Source: Syncephalis fuscata S228 (lineage: Eukaryota; Fungi; Zoopagomycota). From it: DNA of 64,000 nt. Below the pieces are notes generated by a model. That model saw only the letters and a program-made list of their open reading frames with translations, did not search any database and was not told the DNA's origin. The translations under genes and the position numbers were made by a program. The stretch is from the NCBI GenBank assembly GCA_025786725.1, contig JAHLTZ010000023.1:124001-188000 (forward strand), in the 5' to 3' direction. Shown here piece after piece: positions 10,501 through 24,025 of this stretch. Numbering within the stretch: position 1 is the first letter of the stretch; each line of letters starts with the position of its first letter.

Positions 10501-11326
10501 TTTTATTGAGCATCATGATGGGCGGTGAATGATATCATCATCAAATACGCATCATTATATATTTATTATCCAGTATGCATATATACTTTATTCACTTATA
10601 TCATTAAATCATTGTATTTGCACATTACTGCGTTATTGCAATTGGCGCTACTTTTATTCCTGGCCTATTCCATTTTAAACTTTTTATTTTTATATATGCC
10701 CATCATTTGGTTTTAATATCACAAAATTCATAACTAATTGGAATTAATTATTTTAATCATAATTAGTTTTTAACAAGTGGGCTAATAAATACTTTAATAA
10801 AGTAATAAATCTGCATATACTTGTATTATTTGTACTATCAATATAGCTAAATAAGCAAAATGAATCAAAGTTTATTTTTAAAAAAGTTAGAATAAAGCAA
10901 ACAACAATCCTGGATAGCTCGTAAATCATATATAATGTAACATATAAATATATAGTGCATATGACCTAATGAATGTGTGGCAAAAAAATAGTTGCATTTT
11001 ATTAATAATAAAGTTAGAGCAAAAACAGTTTTGGATAGAGGAAGGCTAGATGAGTATAAAATGATATATAAAATGATAAATGTACGGTAAGAAAGCATAT
11101 AAAATAATGTTAAAGTTATAGTGCATATAGTGCAATGAGTGAGATGCATTGAAACATATAAACAATAAATGTGCCTAGTATATCATTAAATGCTGTATAG
11201 TAGTGTGGGATATAATGGAAATGATATAGGTGAATTTAGTATATATGTGTACTGAATAATGAATCTATGGTGATAAGTATTTTGATTACTAACGTTACTC
11301 ACCACCCACCATCATGCTCAATAGAA
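10501..11326. repeat. Inverted repeat 3 (degenerate): arms ~10501-10630 and ~11198-11326, spacer ~570 bp
   Basis: tattgagcatcatgatgggcggtga...catatatactttattcacttatatcatt aligns with the reverse complement of the right arm, tattgagcatgatggtgggtggtga...catatatactaaattcacctatatcatt. Confidence 0.8.
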
Positions 11327-12232
11327 AAAAAGTAGTATTAAATTTGACTAATTACAATATGTTGGTATTCACAATAAATCCCTTTTGTTTAATTAATAGA
11401 AAAATAACGTATAGCTGCAATAAGTAAGAATGTGTCAATATCTTGGCCCAATTTTTTTGCCAAATTATCAAAATTCATTATATTTTGGTTACATAGTTGC
11501 CAATTTATATCTAAAAAATATATAAAATATTATCCAACCATGCCATACATACTCCATATACGAGCATGGAAAAGCTAAATAAAAACTTTGCTATTTAGTG
11601 ATTATTTGCAATTAAAATCTAATGATATTGAAATGGCATATTGCAAATTGGCAAAATATTTAAACCCAAATAAATGTTTACAAAACACTAAATTATAAAT
11701 TTGAATATAAAGTATGTAAAAGTATCAATAAATGATTTAGTATAATTAAGTAGTAAAATACATTGCTATATGAATTAAAAAACAATAGTAAAATCTAATT
11801 AATAAAATGCTAATAGTGCTATATATCACTTTGCGTAAAATACAGCAATTGTGGAGCCACATTAAATACTTTCTTTTACTACATTATGAATTAATAAATG
11901 TGTGTCATTTTGTTTAATTATTAATATTGTTAATAATAATAATATTGTTATTATTGTTGTTGTTATTATTATTGTTACTATTATTACTATTATTATTAAC
12001 TGTTGTCTTCTATACAGCTTAAACGTAACATCCCCATTCACACATACACATACGTGTATATATATGTATGTATAATAAACAGTTCTGGCAATAGGAAAGA
12101 TAACATTATCGTATAATAACGTCCATCAAAGTCTTGTTCATTGCTAAGATATATGCATGCTGACATGGATGAACATATCATCGAACGTGATAACACGAAT
12201 ACCGTGTCAATGGCTGAGTGATACGAGAAAGG

Positions 12233-12258
12233 AGATAGATAGATAGATAGATAGATAG
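12233..12258. repeat. (GATA)n microsatellite in the kinase 3' region
   Basis: Read directly. Confidence 0.9.
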
Positions 12259-12390
12259 AATAAAAGTAAAGAAAAAATAAATGGAGAAAAACAAGCGCCA
12301 TGGAAATAAATCATGTATACGAATTGGCTAGTAAATGGTTAGTTATAATTTCATAGGTTGGTCGCGCAATTAATTGGAGTGTGCTATTGC

Positions 12391-15300
12391 TTAAGCAAGT
12401 GTGCCGTCACCTTGAACGTTCATGAAACCTTTGCTCTTCAAGTCGAGTCGTTCAAGTAAATTGTGGTAAATAAACTTGTAACTCCAAATATTACCCTTCA
12501 TACGACGAATATCGACAATGTAAAGATTTGTAAGGTTCTTAATCTTGCAAATTTCCACAACAAAGCGGACTTCATCACCAGCATCAATGCTGGGCTCTCC
12601 GTAGACAGGCTGGACGACCGTTGTCTGAGTAGCTGAGCTAGCAAAGATAGACTCGCTATCTGGAATGGCTGCCGAGCCTGATGAGTTAGATGTAGTCCTT
12701 GTTGAACCAACAATAGATGCTGGATTGTCGTTACTGCTGCCGCTACCTGCACCGGGAATAGCATGTGGTACTGATAGACGTCTACCAAGTAGACCACGTA
12801 GCGTGCTGGTTCGTTTCCAAGTATTACTACCGCTAGACAGCGAGTCTTGCTGGCTGCCGGCGGATGACGAGGTGGCAGTCGTTGTGGTACGTTTTGGTGC
12901 ATGGCGACTTGGACGAACGCACTTGAACTTGAATTCACTTTCACGTAATATTTCAAGACCCATTTCAAGAATAATTGCGCGAATCTCTGTGACCACTTCC
13001 TTCGGTGGACGTGATGTTAGGGCACCTTCATCAATGGCACCGCCATGTGTACGTAGCTTGACGTCATGGCCCGGCAAAATGTTGGTAGGCGATGAACGAC
13101 GTGGATGTTCGCCTCTGGGTATTGGTTTGCCTAATGAACGTTTACGGAACCATTCCATTACCTTCTTGGCCGTACTTGTGCTGCTACCATCAACACGCGA
13201 TTGCCCCTTATTTCTTCCGGAAGCGGCCGATATGTCAGTACCATTTTGCTCTTCAGAAGCAATAAGTGCCGCATTGGCTGCTGATTTAGATTCACCGTCG
13301 TGATGGAACAAATGGCTAAAGTTACCACTCATTACTTCGCTAAATGCCTTGCGTTTTGAATTGCCACTACGACCTGGTACAGAGCTCGAATTGCTGCCAG
13401 AACGACGGTCGAAAAGCATGCTTGTCAAGTTAGAACGACGTTCACGACCAGAGTCAGAATCATTGCCTCGACTACCGGTGGAGTGGATTGAGGCATTATC
13501 GGCGGTAATTGATCGATGGCGTTCTGAGCGTGAATTATTTGAATGTGGCAGATCCGCAATAACATCATCCTCTTCGGCCATTCGAGTATATGGCATCATT
13601 GTGGTGGGACGTGTTTTTGTAGGACGTGTTGGATGCTTCTTGCCTTGTTTACCAGCAGCCGATGCATCATCCAACGTTCCTTTGCCCCAATTAGGCTGAG
13701 GCGAAATGGGTGGTGATGGAAAGGCAGCCGCCGTTGCGTCACCATTCTGTTGCTCGCCAGAAAGTGAAGTAGATGAGCTGCCATCTGCTCCAAGTGCATG
13801 ATCGTCGCGGAATCTAGCACCGATTTCTGTGCCATCTACCAATGGCTCCATTTCCATTGGATTGTTATTATACTCTAACTGAATTGTATGCCGCTTAGGA
13901 TTGGAGGTAGATGGTGGAGCAAGTGATGCTGCAGGAATAGAGGCTAAATGCGTAGCCGATGCAGGTGGATGTTGATAGCTAATTTGAGCAGGTGCATGAG
14001 TAGCTGGATCGACCATCACAGATGGTAGAGCTTCAATATCATCGCCGTGGGTCTCTTCAAAGATATGAGCGTAAGCGGCAAGCCAGCGATGTTTCTTAAT
14101 GACATCCATGGTGCAGCGACGGCGTGGATCGGGTACGAGCATTTTACGAAGAAGATCACGAGCATCTGGACTAATGTAATCAGGGAATACCAGTGAAGTA
14201 GCCAGAATGTATTTGTACAATAGATTGATGTTGTCGCCGTCAGGATTGGCTGGATCGTCGTCGTATGGTAGATAGCCGGCAAGCATGGCGTATAAGATAA
14301 CACCACATGACCAAATGTCCACAGCCGTGCCAACGTACATACCCTCGCTAACGACCAATTCAGGAGCAGCATAGCAAGGTGAACCGCACGAAGTAGCCAT
14401 TAAATCACCTTGTGAAATGTCAAACTGATTTGCAAATCCAAAATCTGTAATAATAACATCACGATTACGATCTAACAAAAGATTTTCCTTTAAATAGTGG
14501 TATCGTGTCAGTAATCGTCTTTTTAAATCACTATTTATCATACTGCACATACCAGTTTTAAATCACGATGTACAATATTTTTAGAATGCATATAGCTAAC
14601 ACCTAAATACAAAAGCAGCAATATTAGCCATTACTTACATTATCATAATATCTAATTAATTACTTACCGCTAATAAGCTGAGCAAACAAACGGCCTGCGT
14701 CTCTTTCTTTTAAATAACGATGTGCCAGAATATGGTCAAACAATTCACCACCTAATTATCATCATAATATCAATTAATTAAATAATTTCTACTACTAAAC
14801 TAATCATCCTATTTACCAGAAGCGTATTCCATCACAATACCAATATATTTTTCTGTTTCAATAACATCAAATAATCGAACAACATTAGGATGTCGAACCG
14901 ACTAATTAATAAAAATAAAATAAAAAGTTATTTTCTATAAATATTAAATACAGCTTTTACACAAATACTTACTCGAAGTACCATAATTTCACGCTTAATT
15001 TTTGCTAACCGCGTACTGCTATCGACGTTTTCTTTACGAATAAGCTTAATAGCCGCCTATAAGCAATTAATACCAGATTAATATTGTTAAACCGAATAGG
15101 AGCACTAATTGATAACTTACCTCTTCACCTGTATCGACGTGCATGCCCAGCTTTACTTTGGCAAACTCGCCTTCACCGACTGTCTGCAGCATAACATAAG
15201 GCCCAAGCATGTTGTGTTTTTTAGGATACAGTCTTGCAGAGGCAGAAGCACGATAGCCATGCCCTCCACTGCCTGCCTGTGTGTTAGGCACTATTTGGTC

Positions 15301-15411
15301 TCCCGCCGCACTGGGTAGACTTGGCATAGGAGGCACCACATCGGCATCGTATGCATGCTGATAATTCATCGGCACAGGAGTAGACACGGGACGAGTTGAG
15401 CGGTCCGTCAT
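12391..15411 (-). CDS. KIN4: Kin4/Ppk1-like CAMKL Ser/Thr kinase with C-terminal KA1-like domain (multi-exon)
   Basis: [41 protein letters not shown], and the Kin4/Ppk1-type insert [20 protein letters not shown]-terminal FVVEICKI...[17 protein letters not shown] introns between 14490 and 15120. Confidence 0.88.
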
Positions 15412-17736
15412 TTTGTTTGTTTCTGTAATACCAACCAATATATAAGTATCATACCGATAAAGATCAATAAGCCACGTTATTCCAAATACTACAGTACTTT
15501 AGCGTAGATGGCTGATGACCTGGTGAGACACATATAAACGCACACCATATACAGCCACACACAAACACACAAACACCCAAGTAAATAAACGCACCACAGT
15601 AGTTTGGCGTGCAATTATCGCCGTTAAATAAAAAGTAATAAGATAAAACTACTTTACGGCAAACAAACAATACAGTGCATATACCCTTGAGTATAAATAA
15701 GAGAGAGAGAGAGGAAAAGAATCAATAAGAGAAAAGGTGTGGATGAGTGTGAGTAGTATGTGATGACAGAGGAAACAAAAGAGACACAATAGCCAAGGTC
15801 ATAGAACTGCGTGAGTGTGATGATATGTGTGCATGGGTGAATGATTGAATGAGTGAGTGAATGTGTATATGCAACGTTAATACAATTAATGTTGTTACTA
15901 ATAATAATATAATTGTAACAATAACACCAATAATATACAACAAATACTTTTTACTTATTAATAATATTATATACTCTATACTATACATAATGTTTCATTT
16001 GCCTTTTACAAGCATTTTATATTTACTCACATTCACACACATACACACATACACACAATTATATACACACATTCATCAATTCATCTAGAAAAGTCCGAGC
16101 ATTGTAGGTGAACAAACAATTAAACCCCGATAACGGGCGCTAAACCGGAGTTCAATTATCGTTCAGCCAGTCAGTACATAAATACACAACCAGACACAAG
16201 AATGGTCTGAATAGATAAAAACAAAAAACAGTGACGAAAATAGCTTAACGCAAGAAGAAAGCGTCACATTATTATCAGGATATGGTAACAAAGCTTTACA
16301 TTACAAGTAGTATAAAGAGAGCAGTACCACTAACCACTCTCCTTTTCTGCTATCTGTATAACCAACCGCTACTACTACTATCTATACTCCCTCTACCACC
16401 ATTACTATCGCTATTACTCCGACAGCTAAGTATCCTCCTCACCCTACTGTCCCACCTACCTCCTAAATAAATAGCGTATACGATTACAAACCTTGAACAA
16501 TGAGTAGACCCGTTTTAATGGGACAAAACTAGATGAGTACAATAGTTGATAAGGAGAAGTGCTAAAGCTGTGCGCGCATACACACGTATACACACACACT
16601 CAAACGTACACACATAAGCACACACACAGAACGCGTGTGAAAAGGAGCAGTATCCGCTAGACGAAGAGAAGGAGAAGAAGGAGGAGGAAGAAGAGTAAAG
16701 ATAAAGGGGGTATGCACGCCACAGACCAACAAACAAATAAAAGAAAGCGAGAACGATGTGTGAAAGAAAGTGGCAGTAGTAATAGCGAGAGAAAAAGTTA
16801 ACGTACTTTTATTACCACAATATAACCACCGTATTACGAGTAACAATTGACGCAGTCGTGTGAATCTCAATGAATATTGGTCAAGTGGGTGGAGTCGGCG
16901 CGTGGAACAGAGAGAAATAGAAACGATGAAAGAATAAGAGAGAGAGAGAGAGAAGCGGAGCCAATTGTAGAGAAATGGGCCACTCTATAAAACAGTACAA
17001 CGTGTACAGTGCACACACTATGATAGACTGACAGATCCGATACTCACACCGTGATAGATAGAAAGAAGTAAGTAGGATAGTTAGTTAGCGGGTTTAGTTA
17101 GCAATTGAAGAGGGCTAGGCCACAAATGATATAATGATGAAGTATTGTTGATCAGTTGATTACACTATGGATAACTATTTTATATAAAGTGAATGAATAG
17201 AATAGTTACAGTATATAGTACTGGATGGAGTAGCCTGTCATGGGCGCAGTCACCAGTCAAGCGGTTTGTCGTTCACGGGACATGCAGTATGAACACGCGC
17301 TTCTTGTCAGGAGACCACGCGGCTCGCGAAACATAATGCTGTAAAGGCGATAAATGACCAGAATCGCCTTGTGACTGAAACGGCCCATTAATACCTTTGA
17401 AAGTCAATTTGATATGGATATCGCGTGTTAACAACTACCTGTAAATGGTGTATTACTTACCGGATTGTTTTAAAAAACTAATCTACTTTTAGCCTAATTT
17501 CTATTTAACTATGCAGTTATATTGCTATAGTTACTAATGTTATTTCTGCAGCTTTGTATGAATATATATGAATAAACTATTTGTTAATTAAGGTCAATGC
17601 ACATGGGTTGGCAAATAGCGGGGATGCATAATTGCTATTAAACTCTAATAGCCATTTATTTAACTACTGTAGCATGTTAATGTGCCAATGGCCATATCTA
17701 TTAACACTATTCTATACTACGAACTAGCTTTTATTC

Positions 17737-18320
17737 TTAAGGAGCAAATAAAACACGGCTCCTGCCATTGAAAGTAACAAATGATGGGCGCGACTCAACT
17801 TCTTCCACCGTTCTAAATTGGTACACACTCAAGGTCAGCACTATTATGGTAGCGAGGATAAACACCAAGCTGTAAACTTGCTCGTCAACTTACTGAGCGG
17901 CCATGGCATTCTCAAGTAGCGCCTCGTGCAAGGGACCCGACACAAATGTGATACCGATCATCAGTAGTAGTGTAGCCGTTAGGCATTCGGTAATAATCTA
18001 GGATAGAACGTGGCGCAACAAGAGCAAGGTTAGTAGCTCGTGTGTTTATATAGAACGCGCTATTCCACATCGCACTAGCTTACATCGAACGGTAGACCAT
18101 CGACTGGTCGTGCCACAGCCTTCAAGTACGAGAGATCTAGCGTGGCATGAATAATACTGCAATAAAGCACTTGGCATCGCTTAGCGTGGCTGTGCATTCA
18201 CTTACGTTCGTAGGTGGAATAGCCGGCATGAGTCAATAGTACGAGTCCAATCGTACATAGCACTCGTCCAAGAGGACTAGCACTTGACGGTGAAGCTTTC
18301 GAAGTGATTGGTACCGACAT
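17737..18320 (-). CDS. EMC5: ER membrane complex subunit 5 / MMgT family (4 exons, 115 aa; not in ORF track)
   Basis: Exons 18320-18206, 18136-18084, 17997-17894 and 17812-17737 splice in frame (348 nt) at GT-AG sites. Translation: ...LGRVLCTIGLVLLTHAGYSTYEHLSYLK...LPFDIITECL...VESRPSFVTFNGRSRVLFAP. Confidence 0.9.
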
Positions 18321-18640
18321 TGATGTACAGAGTCAAAAGTACCTGTAAGAATAACGTATACGTGTAGAATTAAAAGGGTTCTTTCCTAACTTCTTACCAC
18401 TCATCCACACTGTTGTCTAGTATCAAAAAATACCAACTATATAACAGAGATATCAGTATGTCACACTCCGCTTTTCGCTATCTATTTCTTTGGCTTTGTT
18501 CAAGTATTCGTTATCACTTGACTACTACTATCAGCTCGCTAGGTTACTCCTGTTCTCGTTCTATCTTTCTACTTTTTACTTTTAGTCACTTACTGACTGT
18601 CCCTCTGTTCTCCACGTACACTAGCGCTATTTTGATAAAT

Positions 18641-19672
18641 ATGGATTTACTTCATGTTAACTCGACTGGTTTGTCATTGGACAAAATGCGCAGTACACTT
18701 ATTCGGCTTGAAGATACTATTATATTCGGTAGGTAGTACTGATATCTATAGACTTGTAGCTTAGAGTAGGTTAGCGTTGATCGAACGGGCTCAATTTGCA
18801 TGGAATCCACGTATCTATGAAAAGGGCTCTTTTAACTTTGGCGATGGCTATGATGGATCGTTTTTTGAGTACTTTTTACACGAAGTAGAATCAGTTCATG
18901 GTAGGCTGCATTAAATACTATATACATATATATATGTATATATGTATATTAAACATTTATTAACTATGTAACATGACAATAGCACGCGTTCGTCGTTATC
19001 AAAGGTAAGATGTGATGATAGAACACGTCATCAGTCCATCTAATCCGACTAGTCCCGACGAGTATCCATTTACCAAGAATCTACCGGAGCCAATTCTGCC
19101 ACCGCTTGATTATCCACCTATGTTACATGCCAATAATGTTAATATCAACGATAAAGTAATGCAAGCCTATTTAAATCGTATTGTACCAACACTGTGCAAT
19201 GATACCGACGATCAAAACTATGGATCATCGGCTACACGCGATATTGAGTGTTTACAAGCACTGTCTCGCCGTATTCATTATGGTTAGTCTATTGTCAGCT
19301 ATGTATGAATAGACTAATAATTATACTGAATTAACATTAGGTAAATTTATTGCGGAGGCCAAATTTGTAGCCGATCCTGAAGGTTACACCAAACTAATTC
19401 GTGCCAATGATCGTGTGGCAATTGAGACACTTTTGACGGCCCCTGAAGTGGAGGCACGTCTACTACGACGCCTTCGACGCAAGGCACTGGTCTATGGTCA
19501 GGATATTACCGAGGATAGTGCAGACGCATGCAATATAACCATTGTAGCAAGTCCCACTGAACGGCCTGGTAAAATCAATTTGGATTTAGTGGTTGAGTTG
19601 TATGAAAAATTTGTTATTCCTCTTACAAAAGAGGTCGAGGTTGAGTATTTGATGCAACGACTCGATAGTTAA
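18641..19672 (+). CDS. ARO7: Chorismate mutase, eukaryotic AroQ type (5 exons)
   Basis: [83 protein letters not shown]. Confidence 0.97.
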
Positions 19673-19776
19673 TTCATAGTTTATAATAAAAGAGCTAAAG
19701 CAGTATATCAAAGGCATAATAGGACAAATACGAACTTTATAAAACAATCATATTACTACTACTGCTGCTGCTACTA

Positions 19777-20502
19777 CTACTCGCTATCAGTCCAGCGCAC
19801 GGCAAATTGGCCAATGACTGGAACCATGAATCGATTCAATGAAGATCCATTTTTATAAGCTTGGAGCCTAATAGCCGTGTTATAATGATATTAACGCAAT
19901 AAATAAACAGTACTTACATCAAGAATGCAATAAATACAAAGCTGGTAATGAGTAACAGTTTAGCAAGGAGTGATGAAATGAGTGCCAAAATCACGTAAAA
20001 TAGCTAATATCGATTATTAAATATCAATTATTAAATATTAAATATTAATTAATACAATAACTATTTATATAAATACATACCATGATAGGTGCGAATATAA
20101 GGCACGACTGCCAAGCGTGAAAGCGTACATAGTCGTTCTTTTGTTCGCAAATCAAAAAGAAGACACCTAACAATAACAACATTATTGTCATGGTTACAAA
20201 CAATGCCATAGTTAGTATTTGTAACTCATCTTATCGCTACACTTACCGCTGAAACAGCCAAGTAGATAGGTCAAGGATGCCTCGACATCGACTCGGATTG
20301 GTAGAGAGGTTTCGTACTTGTTGATCCGTGTACCCGAATTACTTGGTTGATTTGGTGATTGGTAGGAAGCATTGGCAAATGGATTTGCACTAGAGCCTGC
20401 ACGGTCACTGCTATTTACCGGTTGGTACTGGCCAGTAGGTGGCCGAGATGACTGGTAAGAATCAGTATATGGACTAAACGCTGCTGCAGCTTGGTGATCC
20501 AT
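19777..20502 (-). CDS. Small multi-pass membrane protein, DUF4870/UPF0132-like (4 exons)
   Basis: ASLTYLLGCFSG|VFFLICEQKNDYVRFHAWQS...AYKNG...FMVPVIGQFAVRW. The Y-L-L-G, VRFHAxQS and PxIG pattern matches this family. Confidence 0.75.
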
Positions 20503-21176
20503 GGATAAGTACGAGTGTAGGAAGGGGGCAACAACGGCGGCGGCAGCGGCGATAACACCAAAATCAAATAGCACGAATAAGGCTACACAGTGAGATGCAG
20601 TATGCAAGTTATAGATGAGTTACTGGTCGCTACAGTTAAAGTAGATAAGGGATGGAGCGTAGCGAAGTGATGGCAAGATAGAAAACGAAAGAAGAACAAG
20701 TTATGGTTGAAATGGAAGTGTTAACGCCAAGAGACTTTTCATAGAAATTGATAGATTTCTATAGTAGCTGGTGTGTGTGTGTGTGCAACATTTATGCTAT
20801 TAACTACTTGTTTCATTTTGATTCATTTGATTCAAATAATTGCTTAATTTTTATGCATAATTAATAGTGGCATAATACATATAACTTAGAGGCCTATTTT
20901 ATAGAATGGACAAGACAGTATACAATATTTGTTCCCGTAAAAATAATAAATTTATATTACTTTTTAGATTGATCATATATTATATGTATTCTTAAAAAGT
21001 CTATATTAAATAGTAAAAACATATCAATTAAGCTTTTACCACTTTTATTCACATTATAATCATTTGCTTCATATTAAATAAAATGACAATAGTATAGTAG
21101 ACATTTACTCGCAATATAATTAAAAAAAGTATAACACAATTGGGTATAATACTTGTGCTCGAGCAGGTATCTTTAG

Positions 21177-24025
21177 CTAACTAATCTCGCCATAATAAAA
21201 GTTGAAATCGGATGGTGGCTGAGTAGGCAAATCGCACCAACTTGGAATATCCAACTTTTCGGCCGCTACATCAAGTAGGTGGACACGCGTTACAACTTCC
21301 GTTAAACTCATAATGAGTTCGGCCGTATCACGATTTGCTATATTACGATCAAGTAACATGTTAAATCCATCGGTCCATTCGGCAAAACGAGTAGCATCGG
21401 GTGCTACAAAATCAACCAGTGATAAATCATTACCGGTCATTAGAGAGAACGTCATATACGTAGGCAATCGACTATTTGGATGGCCACTGCCACTGCCTGT
21501 ATTTACTGCAAGGGAAATAGAAGTACGAGCACCGGCCGATGTTGAGTTGGCATGTCGATGTCGTTGTTGTGTAGGTGATGTGGCACCTGATACGCTATTA
21601 CCAGTATTGCCCACTCCATTGCCACCAACTACATTGGCCATTGATGAACCATGACCACCTACGCTGGCATGTGTAGCATGTCCTGGACCGCCTGGTCGAC
21701 CCGTTACCGATCCAGTCATAACATGAGTTACTAGAGATAAATCAACTAGTATTGCTTATTAGTTTATATCTACTATTATTATGGCTAATAGCTACTTACT
21801 GCGTTCCGGTAAGTCTTCAAGTAATGGCCGATCATCCATTACTTCAGCAAATTCACCATAGTGCAAGTATTTCTTATTAGGTGAAAGGCGATAGTAACGA
21901 TAGGCCATTTTACGTGATTTGCCATGAGGAACAGCAAGATTAACACCGCCAGCGCCGGTTGATGCACCGGCCACACCAGCCAATGCATTGCTAGTAGAGC
22001 CGCTGCCACCTGCACCGCCACTAATGTTACCGGTTACTGTCCAAGGTGCAGGGAACCAGGCACCACGTACTAGACAGTCAACACGTTGTTGTTTAACAAA
22101 TTCATAACTTTCACGATAAAGTCGCTCACGCAAATTACTATTGTATTGTTCAATTGGTTATTCAAACTAGCCAATCAGCGTTTGTTCAAACAACTTACCG
22201 AACAGCTAATTTAGTCAGTAAATCATCTTCATCTTCCAAGTCTTTAAGTTGACGTGCTCTCATCGTTTCATAAGGCGTTTCTAGCATTGCGCGTTCATAG
22301 TCGAATAGCGATGTAATATCGCCTTCTTGAAGTGTATATTGTACATGAGATCGTACTAATGCTGCCACTTTGTCAAAATCTTCGGTCGTTGCTTCCATAT
22401 GATTCCAGGCTCGGAAGAATGCCAACAATGTTGTAGTATGCACATCCTCCATGACTAATTGTAACGGTTGGAATGCCGTCGCCGGTGCATCTAATCGCAT
22501 CATTCGTATAATTAGTATCTACGTTATTAATAGCAATGTTTAATCCTACTTACATCCAGAACCAATATTCCATTGATCTGACAATAACTCGGTTACCTCA
22601 ATCGATGCATGAGCATATGGGCATCGTCTACCGGCAGTCCGATTCAATTGCTCTATAATTAGCTATAATGGATAATCTATTAGATAAATATTCCTACTAA
22701 TATTAAACGTTGAAATTACCTTGGCAAAATGATCAGCATCTGATTGCACATAATGATACATCTGCTGTAAGCCTAATAGACCAACACGTTGCATTTCCTT
22801 CCAAGGATTTTCCGTCTATACAATAAAATAAATAAGTACCATTAATAATGCTCGACTGTCTATACGTACATCAAAGCCTAGTAGGCGCCACTGCACATCT
22901 CCCGTCCAGCCTGAAGCCTCGATCGCCACTCTCTTATCCGCCTCGGTAATACGTGCTGCTTGCCATATACCATCCAAAAGATCGGCTGCACCCGGTGTTT
23001 CTGATCCAATTTGCGTATATTTCAACTGATGTTGCCGACGTAGAATCACTTGTTGGAAATCAAGTAGGTGCTTGCCCATTTCCTCGCCTGGATTCAATTG
23101 CATTAAACGCATCACTGATTTACGTGCCCCTTGTCGATCCAACTCTGCTTGATATTCATCGTTGTACTCGGGTGTTACATGTGTGCTCATCGCATTGACC
23201 AACGCCAAACTAAGCTGAGCCAATACATAGTCCGACGCGCTTAGACGACCCACTAACGATGGCAAGAAATCCGATTCAGTTTCCATAGCTTGATGTAGCT
23301 TAGCATAGCCATAACATTGAATTGGCCCAATCGAAGTTGCATCAGCACATACTAACTTGATAAGCACAGCTGTAGCAGGACGTGATATATTTACAAGTGT
23401 TTCATGCACCACCAGTCGTGCAAGCATATGAATAAAATCATCTGTAATCTGATCCCAACCAAAATCGTGTTCCATTAAATTGGCCAACGAATTTAAAGCA
23501 TAGGCCAAACTATTACCCGTAGTGGATTGTACAGTATCCATGATAATCTGTAGACCACCCATTCTACAGAATTCAGTAGCAAACTCTGATTCCTATTGAT
23601 GAATTGTTGATTAAGTCAAATTTATATATCTACCCATTTCTACTCACTTTAATTGCTTCTTTTAGTGTAAAAATCAGCTTTTTACGATCATTGGCCGTAT
23701 TCGCTTGTAGTTGTTTGGCCATATCACGGGCTTCAGCCTGAGGTGACACTACTAAGCGGATACGTTCACCATAACTAATTTTGCGCCGGATATTCTATAG
23801 CAGTCCACTTGTTAATTGCTGTCCATTGTTACACGTTTAACCTACATCATCGGTAATAAGTTCTAAACTAGATGCCAAGCGTAAAGCAAAGCGTCCCGGT
23901 TCATCTTGCAAGTTCAACTGTTCCAGACACAAGTTACGCACAATATCAGCCACAGGCAATGATAGATCAATAGAGCAGTGCAATTCTCTGGTCTCATAGA
24001 CCAATTCCACTTGTGTAGGTAACAT
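21177..24025 (-). CDS. ELMO/CED-12 family protein with N-terminal ELMO region and C-terminal PH domain (multi-exon)
   Basis: GNSLAYALNSLANLMEH, WRLLGF, GLLGL, CPYAHASIEVTELL, FFRAWNHMEATTEDFDKV, FVKQQRVDCLVRGAWF, YRLSPNKKYLHYG, EWTDGFNMLL, and a Pro-rich end. Confidence 0.9.

Noticed and set aside
12498-14372. Overlapping antisense or alternate-frame ORFs in the kinase (likewise in ELMO, RPC2, the methyltransferase and the subtilisin)
   Set aside because: Shadow ORFs of GC-richer coding sequence with no recognisable motifs.
17335-17360. cgcctttac on the minus strand resembling U5 snRNA loop I
   Set aside because: One U short, no closing stem and no Sm site.
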